Assembly (NCBI GenBank): GCA_964480775.1
Contig: CAYZRF010000010.1
Span: 30,001-62,000 of the forward strand
DNA length: 32,000 nt
Source of the DNA: an uncultured Nitrososphaerota archaeon
GTDB lineage: Archaea > Korarchaeota > Korarchaeia > Korarchaeales > Korarchaeaceae
Direction of reading: 5' to 3'
Shown: positions 1 through 7,662 of the stretch, one piece after another
Layout: the number at the start of each line of letters is the position of its first letter
Position numbering within the stretch: position 1 is the first letter of the stretch
Position numbers and translations under genes: made by a program
The notes under the pieces: model-generated
Databases searched by the model: none
The model's input: the letters and a program-made list of their open reading frames with translations, nothing else
Told to the model about the DNA's origin: nothing

Positions 1-339
1 GAGAACGTTGAGTTTGAAGATGAAACACTCTTAGTTTCACTGGTCCTCCACATAAAGGCTGGAGGAGCTGAGATCTCACCAGACAAGCTAGAGTATTACC
101 TTTATCTTAACGATAAGTATCTTATGAAGGATTCCATTGAACAGATACCCCAACTAGATCCTTGGGAAGAGGTTTCATTCAACAGAACTCTGATGATTCC
201 AAAGGAGAGGATGTTTACAATCAAGGAAGCAATGGAAATATCGAAATGGAATTGGCGCGTTTCAGGATCTCTGTTCACGCAAACGATATATGGAGAGACT
301 CTGATAAGGTTCTGGTCTTCAGGCGTTTTAGCTCCTTAA
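1..339 (+). CDS. 3' end of a CDS that begins upstream of the window; hypothetical protein
   Basis: Frame 1 is open from base 1 to the TAA at 337-339 (ENVEFEDETLLVSLVLHIKAGGAEISPDKLEYYLYLNDKYLMKDS...). The 124..339 ORF in the track is only the Met-delimited tail of this frame. No family recognised. Confidence 0.4.
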   Translation, partial: ENVEFEDETLLVSLVLHIKAGGAEISPDKLEYYLYLNDKYLMKDSIEQIPQLDPWEEVSFNRTLMIPKERMFTIKEAMEISKWNWRVSGSLFTQTIYGETLIRFWSSGVLAP

Positions 340-358
340 GAACTGCCTGGCATTATCG

Positions 359-1840
359 TTAAGGTTTGTTTTTGGAATTTGAAAAGCCGTCTTCTAGCTC
401 TCTAATTCTTCTTTCAATGTCATCAAGTCTAGATAAAATCTCTCTAAGCGTTTTTTGATCCACAGAAAGTTCTTTAGAGCCAAAGCTATAGATTTCGGTT
501 AGTTCAAGGATCTTTATGGAGCTATTGGAGAGATATGGATCTTTTTTGAGGATCTCCCCTAAGTTCTCTAGGGCTTCAGGATCTCCATGATGCAGTATTA
601 TAGTATTTGGCCTCACAGAGCGTGCATATAGTCTGAGATCGTTAGCAGCCCCGTGACCGCTGAATCCCTCTATAATATCCACTTCACACCTGATCTCAAC
701 CTCTTCCTTGATCCAATCAAACTTCTCAGTTGGAACATGTAGTTCTACCTTCCTTTCTCCCTTTGACAGCTTTTCGCCAACGGTATCCTCTCCTTGATGG
801 CCTACCAGTATCACCTTGTTCTCTTCACAGCTTGCTATTTCTTTTAGGTAATAAGGGGACCAGCCTCCTTCAAGCATCCCGCTTGGTGCAAGAATCACGC
901 ACGATTCCTTGGATTTAGCAATTTTCTTCCTAAGTCTCATGTCGCTAACAGGTTCTATACCGTCTATAAAGGGGTTTGACCGAGTAAGGCACACCTCCCT
1001 TATTAAAGGATCGCTTAGGTACGAAGTAAACCTCCAATAAAACCAAGTTGCATCTTTTAGCAAGCCGTCATAGAAAACTTTGCACCCTAAGTTTGCCTTT
1101 CTGAGCATTCTCATGACTTTCTGTCCCCTTCCAACGGAAAAAGATGGAATCAATACCTTTCCTCCTTTCTTAAGCGTCTCAGTAATAGATGATATCAACC
1201 TCCTCTTGGCCTCTCTGAGGCTAGGGTGTTGAAGAGTAAGGCCGTAGGTGGACTCCAACAATAGAACGTTCGTTCCTTCTACTGGTTCTGGTGGATTGAG
1301 GTGTTCTGCTCTTCCAGGGGCCCCGAGATTTCCAGTGTAGACCACCTTCTTCCCATGCGCCTTAACTGCAATTAAGCAGCTACCTAGAATGTGTCCAGCC
1401 TCGTATAACTTGATTTCAAGGTCTCCTATCTTGAAATCCCTGTGAAGGTTGACCGTTTTAACGGAAGCAAGGGTCTTGGATATGTGTTCGTGCTGATAAA
1501 GATCCTCTATCCCTAATTCATGCCACTGCCTTAATGCCAGAGTGTATGAGTCAGGAAGCAATATGGAAGCCAAAGCCAGGGTTGGAGGCGTTGCGAAAAT
1601 TCCTTTGAAATTGCTGGACACTAAGTTCTTTGAGAATAGAAGAGGGGTCGCTCCAATGTGGTCTATGTGGGCATGAGACCATATCACTGCGTCTATGGGG
1701 GGCAAATCCTCGAAGACTGGATACTTCGTCGGTTTCGTGCTTTTTAAACCGCAATCAAGGAGAATAGAGGTTTTTTCTGTGCTTAAGAGCACACAAGACC
1801 TTCCTACTTCCTTTGCTCCCCCCAAGAATCTTAGTTCCAT
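359..1840 (-). CDS. Metallo-beta-lactamase / beta-CASP family ribonuclease (aCPSF2-like, no KH domains) with a C-terminal coiled-coil extension
   Basis: MELRFLGGAKEVGRSCVLL is a typical N-terminus for this family. The HxHxDH motif is present (SHAHIDHIG), with further His/Asp motifs downstream (GHILGS, HHGD). The ORF is open to the ATG at 1909, but family N-termini favour the ATG at 1838-1840. The last ~45 aa (LREILSRLDDIERRIRELEDG) read as coiled coil. Confidence 0.8.
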   Translation of the reverse strand: MELRFLGGAKEVGRSCVLLSTEKTSILLDCGLKSTKPTKYPVFEDLPPIDAVIWSHAHIDHIGATPLLFSKNLVSSNFKGIFATPPTLALASILLPDSYTLALRQWHELGIEDLYQHEHISKTLASVKTVNLHRDFKIGDLEIKLYEAGHILGSCLIAVKAHGKKVVYTGNLGAPGRAEHLNPPEPVEGTNVLLLESTYGLTLQHPSLREAKRRLISSITETLKKGGKVLIPSFSVGRGQKVMRMLRKANLGCKVFYDGLLKDATWFYWRFTSYLSDPLIREVCLTRSNPFIDGIEPVSDMRLRKKIAKSKESCVILAPSGMLEGGWSPYYLKEIASCEENKVILVGHQGEDTVGEKLSKGERKVELHVPTEKFDWIKEEVEIRCEVDIIEGFSGHGAANDLRLYARSVRPNTIILHHGDPEALENLGEILKKDPYLSNSSIKILELTEIYSFGSKELSVDQKTLREILSRLDDIERRIRELEDGFSNSKNKP

Positions 1841-2050
1841 ATCTTGAAGGTTGTGTTGGCATTCCAAATAATGTATACCTAAGTAAGATCTCTTATCCAA
1901 TCTATGCAAGATCCTAATGGTGGAGAAGGCTACTCAAAAAAATTCAAAAGGAGTAATGGAGTAAGAATTCCTCTTGACTATGATATTGACCATGATGACC
2001 CTCAACATTTTCAGTAACTCTAACCTATATTTGACATTGGTAGCACACAA

Positions 2051-3478
2051 ATGCGCTCGTCAATCCCCTTGGCCTCTGAAGAAAAATGGCTTGAAGAACT
2101 CGAAAGCTTTGTTTCAGAGGTCATCGATAGAACCTCTGATTATGTTTGGATCAGAAAAGATGATAGATTGCTTATCTTAAGACCAAACACGGTTCATTTC
2201 TTAAATAAAACTGCTGCCGAGATCTTGGACCTCCTCTACTCTGGTTCAACCCTTAAGGATGTAGTTAGAAGGGTAGCCAACGAGTACGGAGTAAAGGAAA
2301 AGGTGGTGGCAGAAGACATTAGAAACCTCCTCAAAACACTTCTTGCTATATTAAAGAGACAATATAGCCCGATTGCAACCCCGAATCTCAGGAAGACTAG
2401 TTTTGGGGAGCATAAAATAGTTTACCCTGTGCTTTCTGAGATAGCATTAACTTACAGATGCCAAAACAGGTGCGTTTTCTGTTACGCGAGCTCACCAAGA
2501 GTGACAAACGAGCTTAGCACTGATCAATTCAAGAAGATAATTTGGAAAATATTTTACGAAGCTAAATGTCCAACCCTAAGCTTTACGGGCGGAGAACCCA
2601 CCCTCAGGGAAGATCTTCCTGAGTTAATAGAGTACGCAAAATCTCTTGGTGAGAACAAAAAGAGAATGAGAGTTAACCTGATAACAAACGGTATAAGATG
2701 TGCCAGAAGTGATTACGTAAGTGTTTTGGCAAAAGCTGGTCTTGACTCCGCTCAAGTAAGCCTTGAGGCTGGGTCTCCACAGATACATGATGTTATAACT
2801 GGAAACAGAGGTTCCTTCGAGAAGACGGTAAAGAGTGTGAAGAACTTGAGGGAAGCTGGCATCCATGTACACACAAACACGACCATATGCGCAATAAATC
2901 AAGATCACGTCAAGGAACTGGTTGATTTCTTGGTTGATGAACTAGAAAGCGAATACTTCAGCGCAAACATGGTTATAAGGACTGGTACTGCTCTTAGTAA
3001 CGATGTGGGTTTAACGTATACCGAGATGGCAGAACTCTTGCCTGAGATAATAGATTATTCAAGAGAGAGGGGCATAAAATTCGTCTGGTATTCTCCTATT
3101 CCCTACTGCATATTCAATCCAGTAGCACATGGGCTTGGATCCAAATCTTGTGCTGCTTGCCATGGTCTCCTCTCTATTTCTCCAGAAGGGGAAGTTTTGC
3201 CATGCAGTTCATTCTCTAAAGGGGTTGGAAACTTGTTAGAGCAAAAATTTGAAGAAATTTGGTTTAGCAGGGTTGCAAAGTATTGGAGGGAAAAGAAGTT
3301 TGTTCCTCCTCCCTGTAAGGGATGCGAGCTTGTCGAAATTTGCTCGGGTGCTTGTCCTTTGTATTGGGATTCTGCTGGAAGTTTTGAGGAGATAAGCGGG
3401 AAGAACTCACATTTCCGCTACTTAGTTTGGAAGATGGAAAGAAGGTTATTTGGAAAGGTGTTTGGAGTTGGCAAGTAG
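2051..3478 (+). CDS. Radical SAM / SPASM-domain enzyme with an N-terminal PqqD-like (RiPP recognition element) domain; putative peptide/protein-modifying maturase
   Basis: CxxxCxxC AdoMet cluster motif CQNRCVFC (nt 2459-2482). GGEPTL motif. SPASM signature GEVLPC ... CKGCELVEICSGAC (CX2CX5CX3C, nt 3314-3355). Residues ~40-100 (LLILRPNTVHFLNKTAAEILDLLYSGSTLKDVVRRVANEYGV..AEDIRNLLKTL) match the PqqD/RRE winged-helix pattern. Confidence 0.88.
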   Translation: MRSSIPLASEEKWLEELESFVSEVIDRTSDYVWIRKDDRLLILRPNTVHFLNKTAAEILDLLYSGSTLKDVVRRVANEYGVKEKVVAEDIRNLLKTLLAILKRQYSPIATPNLRKTSFGEHKIVYPVLSEIALTYRCQNRCVFCYASSPRVTNELSTDQFKKIIWKIFYEAKCPTLSFTGGEPTLREDLPELIEYAKSLGENKKRMRVNLITNGIRCARSDYVSVLAKAGLDSAQVSLEAGSPQIHDVITGNRGSFEKTVKSVKNLREAGIHVHTNTTICAINQDHVKELVDFLVDELESEYFSANMVIRTGTALSNDVGLTYTEMAELLPEIIDYSRERGIKFVWYSPIPYCIFNPVAHGLGSKSCAACHGLLSISPEGEVLPCSSFSKGVGNLLEQKFEEIWFSRVAKYWREKKFVPPPCKGCELVEICSGACPLYWDSAGSFEEISGKNSHFRYLVWKMERRLFGKVFGVGK

Positions 3479-4667
3479 AGGGCTCTTAGTAATCTCTATA
3501 AGCGCGCTTGACAGCAAGCTTGCTGGTTTGTCTTTGAAGATTAGGGAATGTGCTAGAAGACTAGTATCTCTGGAAAATAATGCAAAGAAAAAGTACGACC
3601 TTCTACTTAAGTACTTGGATCAGCTAGAGGAGAAATGGGTTTCAAGACTTACTAACAAAATGGAGAAGGGGTGTGGTAGGCTGTGCGACGACATAAATTA
3701 CAGGATTGAGATGGAGAAAAGAGCAATAGAAGATAGGATGAAGGGAATCAAAGAGGAGTTAGCAAAGTTAGACAAAGAAGTTGGAGTAATACATAAGAAG
3801 CTAAGAAGAGAAGCTGAGAAGATGAAGAAAGCCAACCCTAGGCTGAATGAAAAGGAGGAAAGACTTAAGGCAAAGAGAAGAAGACTTTCAAGGAAGAGGG
3901 GGGACCTTCTCGTTAGGAAAGCCAGGCTATCAAGGGGAATCATCAGAAGGATAATCAACAGGAGACTAATCAGACGTTTAGATTGGGAAATAAAGGAGCT
4001 TGACAAAGAAATAGAGGATGTGGATTTAAAGATTTACAAAGTAAGGATGAAATGGCAGGACTTGAAGAAGAGATGGGAACAGGAGAAAAAAGAGGCTGAA
4101 AAGGCTCTGGCAGAAGTTTTCGTTAGGATGGCCGAACTTAAACAAGAGCTCATTTTCTACCGGGATAATCTGGATAGATTGGCTCTAGAAGGGGGCATAA
4201 AGAGATTTATCTGGGATTTGACCGATGGAAATGCCGATCCTGATGCTTATGATGATCCCTTGATTTCAGAGTGCTATCTTGAATTTAATAAAGCTGCAGA
4301 GGAAAAGAGAAAGTTAGAAGAAGTGATAAAGGACCTCGCCTTTTCGAAGAAAATCCTCATTGGTTTTGACAGAGGGATAAAGAGGTTTAGAAAGCCTCTT
4401 GGTGCATTAAGGGACGAAGAAAGTAGGTTCTCACAACTACCAAAGCTCAAGATCAAGTATCCCAAGGTACTTGATTCGATGTCCGCTGCTTTGGATAGGC
4501 TTTTGATTGCTATCGAAGAAGCAGAAAGAGACCCAGAACTCACTGCCAGGGCTATTAAGCCGTTATTTGAGGGCAAAGCACCGTTTAGCAGCGATCAATT
4601 GAAGAGCTTCTTTGATGAGATAGGAGACAAAGTAAGGCTTGCAGTTGACAAACAGTGGGGGAGATGA
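3450..4667 (+). CDS. Hypothetical coiled-coil protein, highly charged (K/R/E-rich), no TM segment
   Basis: 405-aa ORF that overlaps the rSAM stop by 29 nt and ends 6 nt before the next gene. Long heptad-like K/E/R stretches, plus an Arg-rich block RRRLSRKRGDLLVRKARLSRGIIRRIINRRLIRRL. No family recognised. The start is uncertain. Confidence 0.6.
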   Translation: MERCLELASRGLLVISISALDSKLAGLSLKIRECARRLVSLENNAKKKYDLLLKYLDQLEEKWVSRLTNKMEKGCGRLCDDINYRIEMEKRAIEDRMKGIKEELAKLDKEVGVIHKKLRREAEKMKKANPRLNEKEERLKAKRRRLSRKRGDLLVRKARLSRGIIRRIINRRLIRRLDWEIKELDKEIEDVDLKIYKVRMKWQDLKKRWEQEKKEAEKALAEVFVRMAELKQELIFYRDNLDRLALEGGIKRFIWDLTDGNADPDAYDDPLISECYLEFNKAAEEKRKLEEVIKDLAFSKKILIGFDRGIKRFRKPLGALRDEESRFSQLPKLKIKYPKVLDSMSAALDRLLIAIEEAERDPELTARAIKPLFEGKAPFSSDQLKSFFDEIGDKVRLAVDKQWGR

Positions 4668-4673
4668 TGTGAT

Positions 4674-6449
4674 GTGAAAAGGGTCTTTTCAGCTGCTCTG
4701 GCTTTTGTATTTCTATCTTTAGTGGTTATCTCTGGAGTTGTTTATCAGGTATCTTGCCAAGAAGTTACGATTGAGAAGATCATGGTTTGGGTTGTCTTGA
4801 AGTCTGACGGCACAATGGAGGTCGAATACAATCTTACTTTCCTAGAACATAGTTCTCGGGATAGAATAAGGAAGTTAGGCCCTTTTGAAGAAGGCCACAG
4901 CATAAAGAGCGCTTTCATAGTTCACGATTCAGATGTTCGTGCAGTAGAACTCTCTGAGATTGAAGATGGGCTCTACTCCGTGTTATTTGGTTATAAAACT
5001 ACGTCTGGAGAGCAGTACACTGTGAGCATTAAGTACAGCATAGATAGGCCGGTAGTAACAGAGCAAGAGATGTTCGGGGAGCCATACTCTATATTCGCCT
5101 GGGCTCCTTTCCAATGGAGTTTACCTGTGAATAACGAGACTGTCATGATAGTGATGCCAGTTGAACTTCCTTCAGATGTAACTAAGCCTGAGCAAATAAC
5201 TCAAGAGCTTATAGACTCCTTAGGAATAGGCTATGGAGATCTCACTGATTACAGGTGGTCATTCTATCCGACTGTTGATGAGACCACTGGTAAGAGCTGG
5301 CTTTCCATCTACTTATCTAAAACCAGCTTGGAGCCATACTATCACTTTGTGATTGAACTCTACATTCCAAGCAAGTACTTCACTTTAGGTCCCTCTCCAA
5401 CATTTCCGCCCCCAGTATCCCCGACAGTAACGCCTCCTGGTTTGATTGCCTCGTACGGCTGGGTAATAATAGCAATATCGGCTCTCATAATGTTTGGATC
5501 CTTTCTTGCGTATGTAAGAGGAAGAGAAAGGAGAAGAAGGGTTCCAAGATATGAAGCACCAGAGATAGAGATAGAAACCTTCGAAGTTCCCGAGAAAGTT
5601 GCAGATCTTGACCCTGCAGAGGCAGCCATGCTCGTATCGTCTGCTGATAAAGTCATAGCTCTTATAGCTCTTAGCTTGATGGAAAGGGGCATCATACAGA
5701 TGACTTCGGTTAAACCACCAAAATATTCGATTAATGACCGAGAATTGGAGAAGAGAAGAAAAGAGCTGAAGAAATACGAGTTAAAGTTCATAGAAGCCAT
5801 TAGAGATGATGGTTCAATTGATGAAGAGGAACTCAGATTGATTTTGAAGGAGGTTGCATACAGCCTTAACGAAAAGGCGTGGGATGCAGATATAGAGAAA
5901 ACTAGAGAGAGATACAAGGAACTAGTTGAAGAAAAATGGAAAGAGCTTGAGGATCGACCTAGGGCTCAAGAAAAAGTTGATTACTGGAATGATAACTGGC
6001 CTTGGCTTATAATTCACACAAATTCGCATAGAAGAGCTAGAGACGTTTTCGTACCAACAACCCCAGGAGAAAAAGTTAGAATAAAACCAAAGCCCGACAG
6101 GAGACCTTTTCCAGTAGTGACCCCCGTTGAGAGAGGTGCGAGAACAATCGTGGTCGGGATAGAAGACTTCGCCAATAGGGTAGTTAGCACAATAGAATCC
6201 ATAAGCAAGAACGTTGTTGAGGGTCTAGAGAAGGTCGCTGAAAAAACGGTCGAATCGGTTGAAAAGGCTGGAGTAAAAGAAGCTTGTTACTCGGCATGTG
6301 TAGAACATGATGCTTGTCATTCCGCATGTGTTCACGATGCTTGCCACAGTGCGTGCGTTCACGACGCTTGTCATTCGGCTTGCCACAGTGCCTGTCACTC
6401 TGCGTGTCATTCAGCTTGTCACTCTGCCTGTGTGTCAGGCTTTGAGTGA
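4674..6449 (+). CDS. Bitopic membrane protein, DUF2207-like, with a cytoplasmic C-terminal Cys/His (Ala-Cys-x-x)n repeat tail
   Basis: GTG start with an N-terminal signal/anchor (FSAALAFVFLSLVVISGVVY). Ecto-domain opens VVLKSDGTMEVEYNLTF, as in DUF2207 N-termini. Pro-rich linker PSPTFPPPVSPTVTPPG. TM segment LIASYGWVIIAISALIMFGSFLAYV, followed by RGRERRRR (positive-inside). LDPAEAAMLVSSADKVIALIALSLMERGII resembles the DUF2207 cytoplasmic motif. The C-terminus is ACYSACVEHDACHSACVHDACHSACVHDACHSACHSACHSACHSACHSACVSGFE. Confidence 0.75.
   Translation: MKRVFSAALAFVFLSLVVISGVVYQVSCQEVTIEKIMVWVVLKSDGTMEVEYNLTFLEHSSRDRIRKLGPFEEGHSIKSAFIVHDSDVRAVELSEIEDGLYSVLFGYKTTSGEQYTVSIKYSIDRPVVTEQEMFGEPYSIFAWAPFQWSLPVNNETVMIVMPVELPSDVTKPEQITQELIDSLGIGYGDLTDYRWSFYPTVDETTGKSWLSIYLSKTSLEPYYHFVIELYIPSKYFTLGPSPTFPPPVSPTVTPPGLIASYGWVIIAISALIMFGSFLAYVRGRERRRRVPRYEAPEIEIETFEVPEKVADLDPAEAAMLVSSADKVIALIALSLMERGIIQMTSVKPPKYSINDRELEKRRKELKKYELKFIEAIRDDGSIDEEELRLILKEVAYSLNEKAWDADIEKTRERYKELVEEKWKELEDRPRAQEKVDYWNDNWPWLIIHTNSHRRARDVFVPTTPGEKVRIKPKPDRRPFPVVTPVERGARTIVVGIEDFANRVVSTIESISKNVVEGLEKVAEKTVESVEKAGVKEACYSACVEHDACHSACVHDACHSACVHDACHSACHSACHSACHSACHSACVSGFE
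6282..6446 (+). repeat. In-frame coding tandem repeat: two 27-nt units (D-ACHS-ACVH) followed by five 12-nt units (ACHS), flanked by degenerate AC units
   Basis: Read directly from the sequence: gct tgt cat tcg / gct tgc cac agt / gcc tgt cac tct / gcg tgt cat tca / gct tgt cac tct. The peptide units are identical but use different synonymous codons, including both TCN and AGY serine codons. Confidence 0.9.
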
Positions 6450-6454
6450 TTTCA

Positions 6455-6476
6455 TAAAAGATCTAACAAAAAACCT
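6455..6476 (-). terminator. Oligo-T tract downstream of the ABC ATPase gene (archaeal-type terminator candidate)
   Basis: The minus strand reads ggttttttgttagatcttttatg immediately after the TGA at 6482-6484. This lies in the 32-nt convergent gap with the rSAM operon. Confidence 0.3.
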
Positions 6477-6481
6477 AAGAG

Positions 6482-7552
6482 TCACTCAAGCTTGAGGGCA
6501 ATGGTTTCTCTTGGTGTGGCAGATACAATAATCTTTTGACCTACCTTCACGGGTATGTCTGGATCGGTTTCTATTATGAAGTTCTCTCCTCCACCAGTAG
6601 CTTGAATCCTCTGAGCATCACCCAAGTAAGAAATGTGATAAATCTCACACTCGAAACTGTTTCCATCAGGGATTTCTCCGACAACGAAGTTTTCAGGCCT
6701 TATGAGCACCAAAACTTTATCACCAAGCTTGGGAGGATCCGCGGATTCTGACGGCCTAGCTTTCACCTTCTTATTGTAACCGCTGATCTCAACGATGAGA
6801 AATTTGTTCTCCTCGTCGACGACCTCTCCTTTGAAGAAAGTGCCTTGACCTATGAATCTTGCAACGAACTCATTCTTTGGATTCTCGTAAATATCTCTTG
6901 GAGTGCCTATCTGCATTATCCTTCCTTTGTTCATGATGGCTATTCTATCTGATATGCTCATAGCCTCCTCCTGATCATGAGTTACGTAAACGGTAGTTAC
7001 ACCCAGGTCTCTTTGAAGCTTCTTGAGTTCTGCTCTCATTTCAAGTCTTAATTTTGCATCAAGGTTACTCAACGGCTCATCAAACAACAAAACCTTTGGG
7101 TTTATCACTATGGCCCTAGCCAGCGCTACTCTTTGCTGCTGGCCTCCTGAAAGCTGGTGGGGCGTTCTATTCTCAAGCCCCTCTAGTTTTACAAGTTTTA
7201 GCACTTCTCTTACCTTCTTTAGGATTTCGTCCTTCTTGTATCCCTTTATTTTCAGACCATAGGCTATGTTATCGAACACATTCATGTGAGGCCAAAGAGC
7301 GTAGTTCTGAAACACCATGCCCGTGTCCCTCTTATGCGGGGGTACTTCCGTAACGTCCTCGTCGTCAAAATATATTCTACCTTCGTCAGGCAGTTCAAGT
7401 CCAGCAATACACCTTAGAAAAGTTGTCTTCCCGCATCCCGACGGACCAAGCAATGTAAAGAATTCCCCGTCCTTTATCTCTAGGGTTGCGTTGTCTACAG
7501 CGACTACGTTGCCAAATCTCTTGGTAAGTTTCTCTGTTCTAATTTTTACCAA
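6482..7552 (-). CDS. ABC transporter ATP-binding protein, PotA/FbpC/MalK-like, with a C-terminal TOBE-type domain
   Basis: Walker A GPSGCGKTT, signature LSGGQQQRVALARA, Walker B LLFDEPLSNLD, H-loop VTHD. TTG start: there is no in-frame ATG or GTG before Walker A. Confidence 0.92.
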   Translation of the reverse strand: MVKIRTEKLTKRFGNVVAVDNATLEIKDGEFFTLLGPSGCGKTTFLRCIAGLELPDEGRIYFDDEDVTEVPPHKRDTGMVFQNYALWPHMNVFDNIAYGLKIKGYKKDEILKKVREVLKLVKLEGLENRTPHQLSGGQQQRVALARAIVINPKVLLFDEPLSNLDAKLRLEMRAELKKLQRDLGVTTVYVTHDQEEAMSISDRIAIMNKGRIMQIGTPRDIYENPKNEFVARFIGQGTFFKGEVVDEENKFLIVEISGYNKKVKARPSESADPPKLGDKVLVLIRPENFVVGEIPDGNSFECEIYHISYLGDAQRIQATGGGENFIIETDPDIPVKVGQKIIVSATPRETIALKLE

Positions 7553-7558
7553 TTTTTT

Positions 7559-7565
7559 CCCTCCC
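7559..7565 (-). promoter_or_regulatory. Shine-Dalgarno-like GGGAGGG, 6 nt upstream of the TTG start of the ABC ATPase
   Basis: The minus strand reads aaaGGGAGGGaaaaaaTTG. It is complementary to the pyrimidine-rich 3' end expected of 16S rRNA. Confidence 0.45.
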
Positions 7566-7662
7566 TTTATTCGCTCAGGTATAATGAGGAATAGGTAATG
7601 AAAATAAGTTTGATCTTCTTGAATTCTTGTAGTTTTGAAAACTCACTTTCTTCTTTCATTTC

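Noticed and set aside
162-362. 66-aa plus-strand ORF near the window start
   Set aside because: It is out of frame with, and fully overlapped by, the longer frame-1 reading frame that is open from base 1.
2025-2032. TATA-like ctatattt upstream of the rSAM gene
   Set aside because: It ends only 18 nt before the ATG at 2051. A TSS at the usual ~23 nt downstream spacing would fall inside the coding sequence, so I do not list it as a promoter, although it may still be one.
1974-2180. 68-aa ORF overlapping the rSAM start, considered as a RiPP precursor
   Set aside because: It overlaps the maturase 5' end in another frame. It is M/T/L-rich with only two scattered Cys and has no leader/core organisation. 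It is most likely spurious.
3698-4576. Two ~100-aa minus-strand ORFs (3698..4006, 4274..4576) inside the coiled-coil gene
   Set aside because: These are shadow ORFs. Antisense of Lys/Glu/Arg codons yields long stop-free Ser/Leu/Phe runs, so there is no independent support.
5360-5917. 185-aa minus-strand ORF inside the DUF2207-like gene
   Set aside because: It is antisense to a well-supported CDS. Its S/L/F-rich low-complexity composition is the mirror image of the K/E-rich sense frame. No motif and no plausible start context.
6282-6446. Possible CRISPR array or non-coding tandem repeat
   Set aside because: The units are 12 or 27 nt, directly abutting, with no spacers. They are in frame with a long CDS and differ mainly at synonymous positions, so this is a coding repeat.
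6225-6495. ORFs 6225..6410 (-) and 6307..6495 (+) across the Cys-repeat DNA
   Set aside because: They are alternative frames of the 12/27-nt coding repeat, and their periodic V/T/R-rich products are by-products of the repeat. The ACHS frame is continuous with a 536-aa upstream protein.
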